Origin: Hylemonella sp. UBA6679
GTDB taxonomy: Bacteria; Pseudomonadota; Gammaproteobacteria; Burkholderiales; Burkholderiaceae_C
DNA length: 64,000 nt
Assembly (NCBI GenBank): GCA_002454975.1
Contig: DKJZ01000109.1
Coordinates: forward strand, 11,685-75,684
Direction of reading: 5' to 3'
Below the pieces are notes generated by a model. That model was not told where the DNA came from. It did not search any database and saw only the letters and a list, made by a program, of their open reading frames with translations. The position numbers and the translations under genes are program-made. Positions 61,711 through 64,000 of the stretch are shown one piece after another; within the stretch, counting starts at the first letter, position 1; every line of letters starts with the position of its first letter.

Positions 61711-62757
61711 ATGGCCCAAGCCGAAGCTGTGGCGGACGTCACGACAGACGCACAGGACGAGGCACGTGCAGCCATCGCGGCGGCACAAGCCGCTGCGGAG
61801 ACTTCGGCAGAAGCACCGCAAGCCAAGCCACTGATTCCCGAGGAGGCCGCACCTGATGCGCCTGTCACGGTCGCCCCCACCATCATCATCAAAAAAGTGA
61901 TGGGCGATGGCCATGGTGGTGCCCATGGTGGCGCCTGGAAGATTGCCTTGGCCGACATGATGACGGCCATGATGGCCTTTTTTTTGCTCATGTGGCTGCT
62001 CGGTGCCTCCAACGAAGACCAGCGTAAAAGCGTTGCTGATTATTTCCAGCCCAGCTCCCAAAGCAACCTGACCATCGGCAAATTGGCTGGTTCAGATGGC
62101 ATGTTGGGCGGCTCCTCCATCATTGATCCTGATGGCTTGCCTTTCGCTGCCAAGCAAACCAACATGCTCAATATCGTCACCCCGCGTTCTCAGGGGGGGC
62201 CCACAGAAAACGACCCGTCCCCTAAAGGCGCTGACAGCAAAGAGTCTGGCCAGGTGGATGAGGAGTCACTCAAAAAAGCCCAAACCGACAAAGCCAACTT
62301 TGAAAAGCTTGAGAAAGACATCAAAGAAAGTTTAGAAAATAACCCCAACCTCAAGAGCCTCAAAGACCAAGTTCAGGTCGTCCGCGACAAGGACGGACTG
62401 CGCATCGAAATCATCGATAAAGCTGACTTCGCCATGTTTGGGTTGGGCACCACCTCGATGACGGGGCGTGCCCAAGGCTTGCTTATCGAAGTGGGTAAGC
62501 TGCTTAAAACTTTACCCAACAAAGTGGCCCTGCGCGGCCACACCGACAGCATCGCGTTTGCAAATACCAACGACCGCAACAACTGGTCTTTGTCGGCTGA
62601 GCGGGCGGAGGAAACACGAAAAAATCTTGAGCGTCAAGGCCTCAAAAGCGATCGCTTCGCCCGTATCGAGGGTGTGGCCGACACAGCCCCTTACAATCCC
62701 AACGACCCTAAGGACCCGCGCAACCGGCGCATCAGCATCACGGTGCTCAACCAGTAA
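61711..62757 (+). CDS. motB: Flagellar stator protein MotB (OmpA-like C-domain) with an Ala/Glu-rich N-terminal extension
   Basis: TM segment with the conserved Asp (WKIALADMMTAMMAFFLLMWLL). C-terminal OmpA-type domain (LRGHTDSIAF...NWSLSAERAE...NRRISI). Confidence 0.9.
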   Translation: MAQAEAVADVTTDAQDEARAAIAAAQAAAETSAEAPQAKPLIPEEAAPDAPVTVAPTIIIKKVMGDGHGGAHGGAWKIALADMMTAMMAFFLLMWLLGASNEDQRKSVADYFQPSSQSNLTIGKLAGSDGMLGGSSIIDPDGLPFAAKQTNMLNIVTPRSQGGPTENDPSPKGADSKESGQVDEESLKKAQTDKANFEKLEKDIKESLENNPNLKSLKDQVQVVRDKDGLRIEIIDKADFAMFGLGTTSMTGRAQGLLIEVGKLLKTLPNKVALRGHTDSIAFANTNDRNNWSLSAERAEETRKNLERQGLKSDRFARIEGVADTAPYNPNDPKDPRNRRISITVLNQ

Positions 62758-62796
62758 CCCTGCCCATCTTTTGTGTGCAGGCCCCAGCAAGGGCGC

Positions 62797-63993
62797 CTAA
62801 GATTTTGGCGCTGCTGCGTCGTTGTGGATGCACCGCCACAACGCGATTTCCTCTTGGGTCAGCCGGTTTTTATGCTGCGCAACCACCTCAAATTTTTCCT
62901 TGTCTGTCATGATGGCTAGCATGCGCATTTGACTTAACACCAATTTGAAATGCTCGACAGCATGCTCTGGGTTAGCGGCAATTTTGTGCAAAGGTAAAAC
63001 CGAGACGTCTTCTTTGAGTTCTCGTTCACGTTTGGCTTGAATGATCAAGCGTTGCACCTCTTCCTTGCTCAAATGCAAGCGTTTGGCTTCCCGATTCAGG
63101 TTGACCTTTTCTTCCTCAGACAAGGTGCCATCAGAGAGCATTTCATAGAGCTGGTTTTTGAGGGATTCGCGCTCAATGCGTAGCTGGTCGCTGAAGGCCG
63201 AAGACAGCAAGGCCGCTGGAATGGCAAAAATGCCAATCCCCAACAAGGCCAAAATGATGGTGATGATCCGTCCCATCGGTGTGATGGGTGAAATGTCTCC
63301 GTACCCCACTGACGCCAGCGTGATGACAGCCCAGTAAATGGACTGAGGAATATTTTCAAATTTTTCCGGTTGTGCGTCATGTTCGAACAAATACCCCAAG
63401 CTGGCAGTCATCACCACCAGCAGAAGCATCACAAAGGCAGAGGCCGCAAGCACTGGCCACTCGCGCACCACAACTTTCATGAGCGTGTTTGTTGCTCCTG
63501 TGTAGCGTGTGAGTTTGAGCAAACGCAGCAAGCGAAAAACGCGCAAGAAACGAAGGTCAAAGAGGTGGTGCAAAAACACCTCGAGGAAGAAGGGCAGGAT
63601 GGCCATCAAGTCAATCAAGGCGGAGGTTGATCGTGCTTGTTTCAGCCGCCCAACCACGGGTCTGGTGTAGCCAGGGGTTTCCACACACGCATAAAGCCTT
63701 AGTCCATATTCCAGGGTAAAAACGCTCACAGCAATGGCATCGAGCACAATGAACTCGATGTTCAAAACATAGTGGATGCTTTGTACCGACTCAAGGATGA
63801 CGGCGATCACTGAAATAATCACCCAAAAGACAATGAAGTGATCAAACAGTTGGTGTAGGCTTCCGCCAAATTCGCCCGGAAACACCAAGGCATGTACTTT
63901 TTGCCGGAATGTGCGGCCCTGGTTGGCTTGTTTGAACTCAGACCAGGCTGGAATCAACACGCGAAACAGCTTGAGCAGACGCAGCAGCCGCAC
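62797..63993 (-). CDS. Voltage-gated-type (6TM) potassium channel; N-terminus may lie beyond the window
   Basis: Selectivity filter TLASVGYGD and S4-like FLRVFRLLRLLKLTRY. The frame remains open to the window edge, and the first residues (RLLRLLKLFRV) are themselves S4-like. Confidence 0.8.
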   Translation of the reverse strand: MRLLRLLKLFRVLIPAWSEFKQANQGRTFRQKVHALVFPGEFGGSLHQLFDHFIVFWVIISVIAVILESVQSIHYVLNIEFIVLDAIAVSVFTLEYGLRLYACVETPGYTRPVVGRLKQARSTSALIDLMAILPFFLEVFLHHLFDLRFLRVFRLLRLLKLTRYTGATNTLMKVVVREWPVLAASAFVMLLLVVMTASLGYLFEHDAQPEKFENIPQSIYWAVITLASVGYGDISPITPMGRIITIILALLGIGIFAIPAALLSSAFSDQLRIERESLKNQLYEMLSDGTLSEEEKVNLNREAKRLHLSKEEVQRLIIQAKRERELKEDVSVLPLHKIAANPEHAVEHFKLVLSQMRMLAIMTDKEKFEVVAQHKNRLTQEEIALWRCIHNDAAAPKS

Positions 63994-64000
63994 AAACCGC

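Noticed and set aside
62758-62796. CCTGC...GCAGG inverted repeat between the motB and K+ channel stops, as a possible terminator
   Set aside because: The stem is only 5 bp with a 13-nt loop and no U-tract, too weak to call.
1-64000. Search for tRNA/rRNA genes, CRISPR arrays, transposases, integrases, IS inverted repeats, and toxin-antitoxin or defence-system genes
   Set aside because: None were recognised. The intergenic regions are short and are accounted for by promoters and terminators. No ORF shows recombinase, nuclease or defence-type motifs. The scan was manual, so small ncRNAs cannot be excluded.

Overview
Most of the window (about 10.5-62.8 kb) is a nearly complete polar-type flagellar regulon under sigma-54 and sigma-28 control. 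Protein similarity suggests a proteobacterium, probably a betaproteobacterium; that is inference only. Genes present: fliEFGHIJ; two flagellins (645 aa and 273 aa) flanking fliB; flaG; fliD; flgBCDEFGHIJKL; flgA-flgM-flgN; fliKLMNOPQR-flhB; flhA-flhF-flhG-fliA; fliS-motAB; and two sigma-54 enhancer-binding proteins, neither with a phosphorylatable receiver. Flanking genes are two large convergent tandem-repeat proteins (11-6591), a FemAB/GNAT-like gene, an N-terminally extended alpha-carbonic anhydrase, a lipoprotein, a small secreted protein and a Kv-type K+ channel. Reading both strands by eye, I found seven sigma-54 sites (TGGCAY-N5-TTGC) and six copies of one FliA-type motif (TCAAGyTT-N11-tCCGAATC). 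All sit in the correct orientation upstream of genes. The parts I consider least described are: (1) a 1442-aa DxNxDG-repeat protein with no signal peptide, behind a FliA-type promoter; (2) a FliA-driven accessory operon encoding an FlgP lipoprotein, a possibly FlgT-like protein, a LysM-like protein, a second FliK-like protein and a free FlhB C-domain paralog; (3) three unknown genes coupled to flhB (a SPOR-domain protein, a disordered protein and a coiled-coil membrane protein with its own internal FliA promoter); (4) a rod-binding-only FlgJ plus a separate signal-less LysM/lytic-transglycosylase-like protein; (5) sigma-54 promoters positioned so that flhA and flgA would be essentially leaderless, with head-on crossing promoters at flgA; (6) two palindrome families at enhancer positions. 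I saw no tRNA, rRNA, CRISPR array or mobile element. All motif scans were manual and are not exhaustive.
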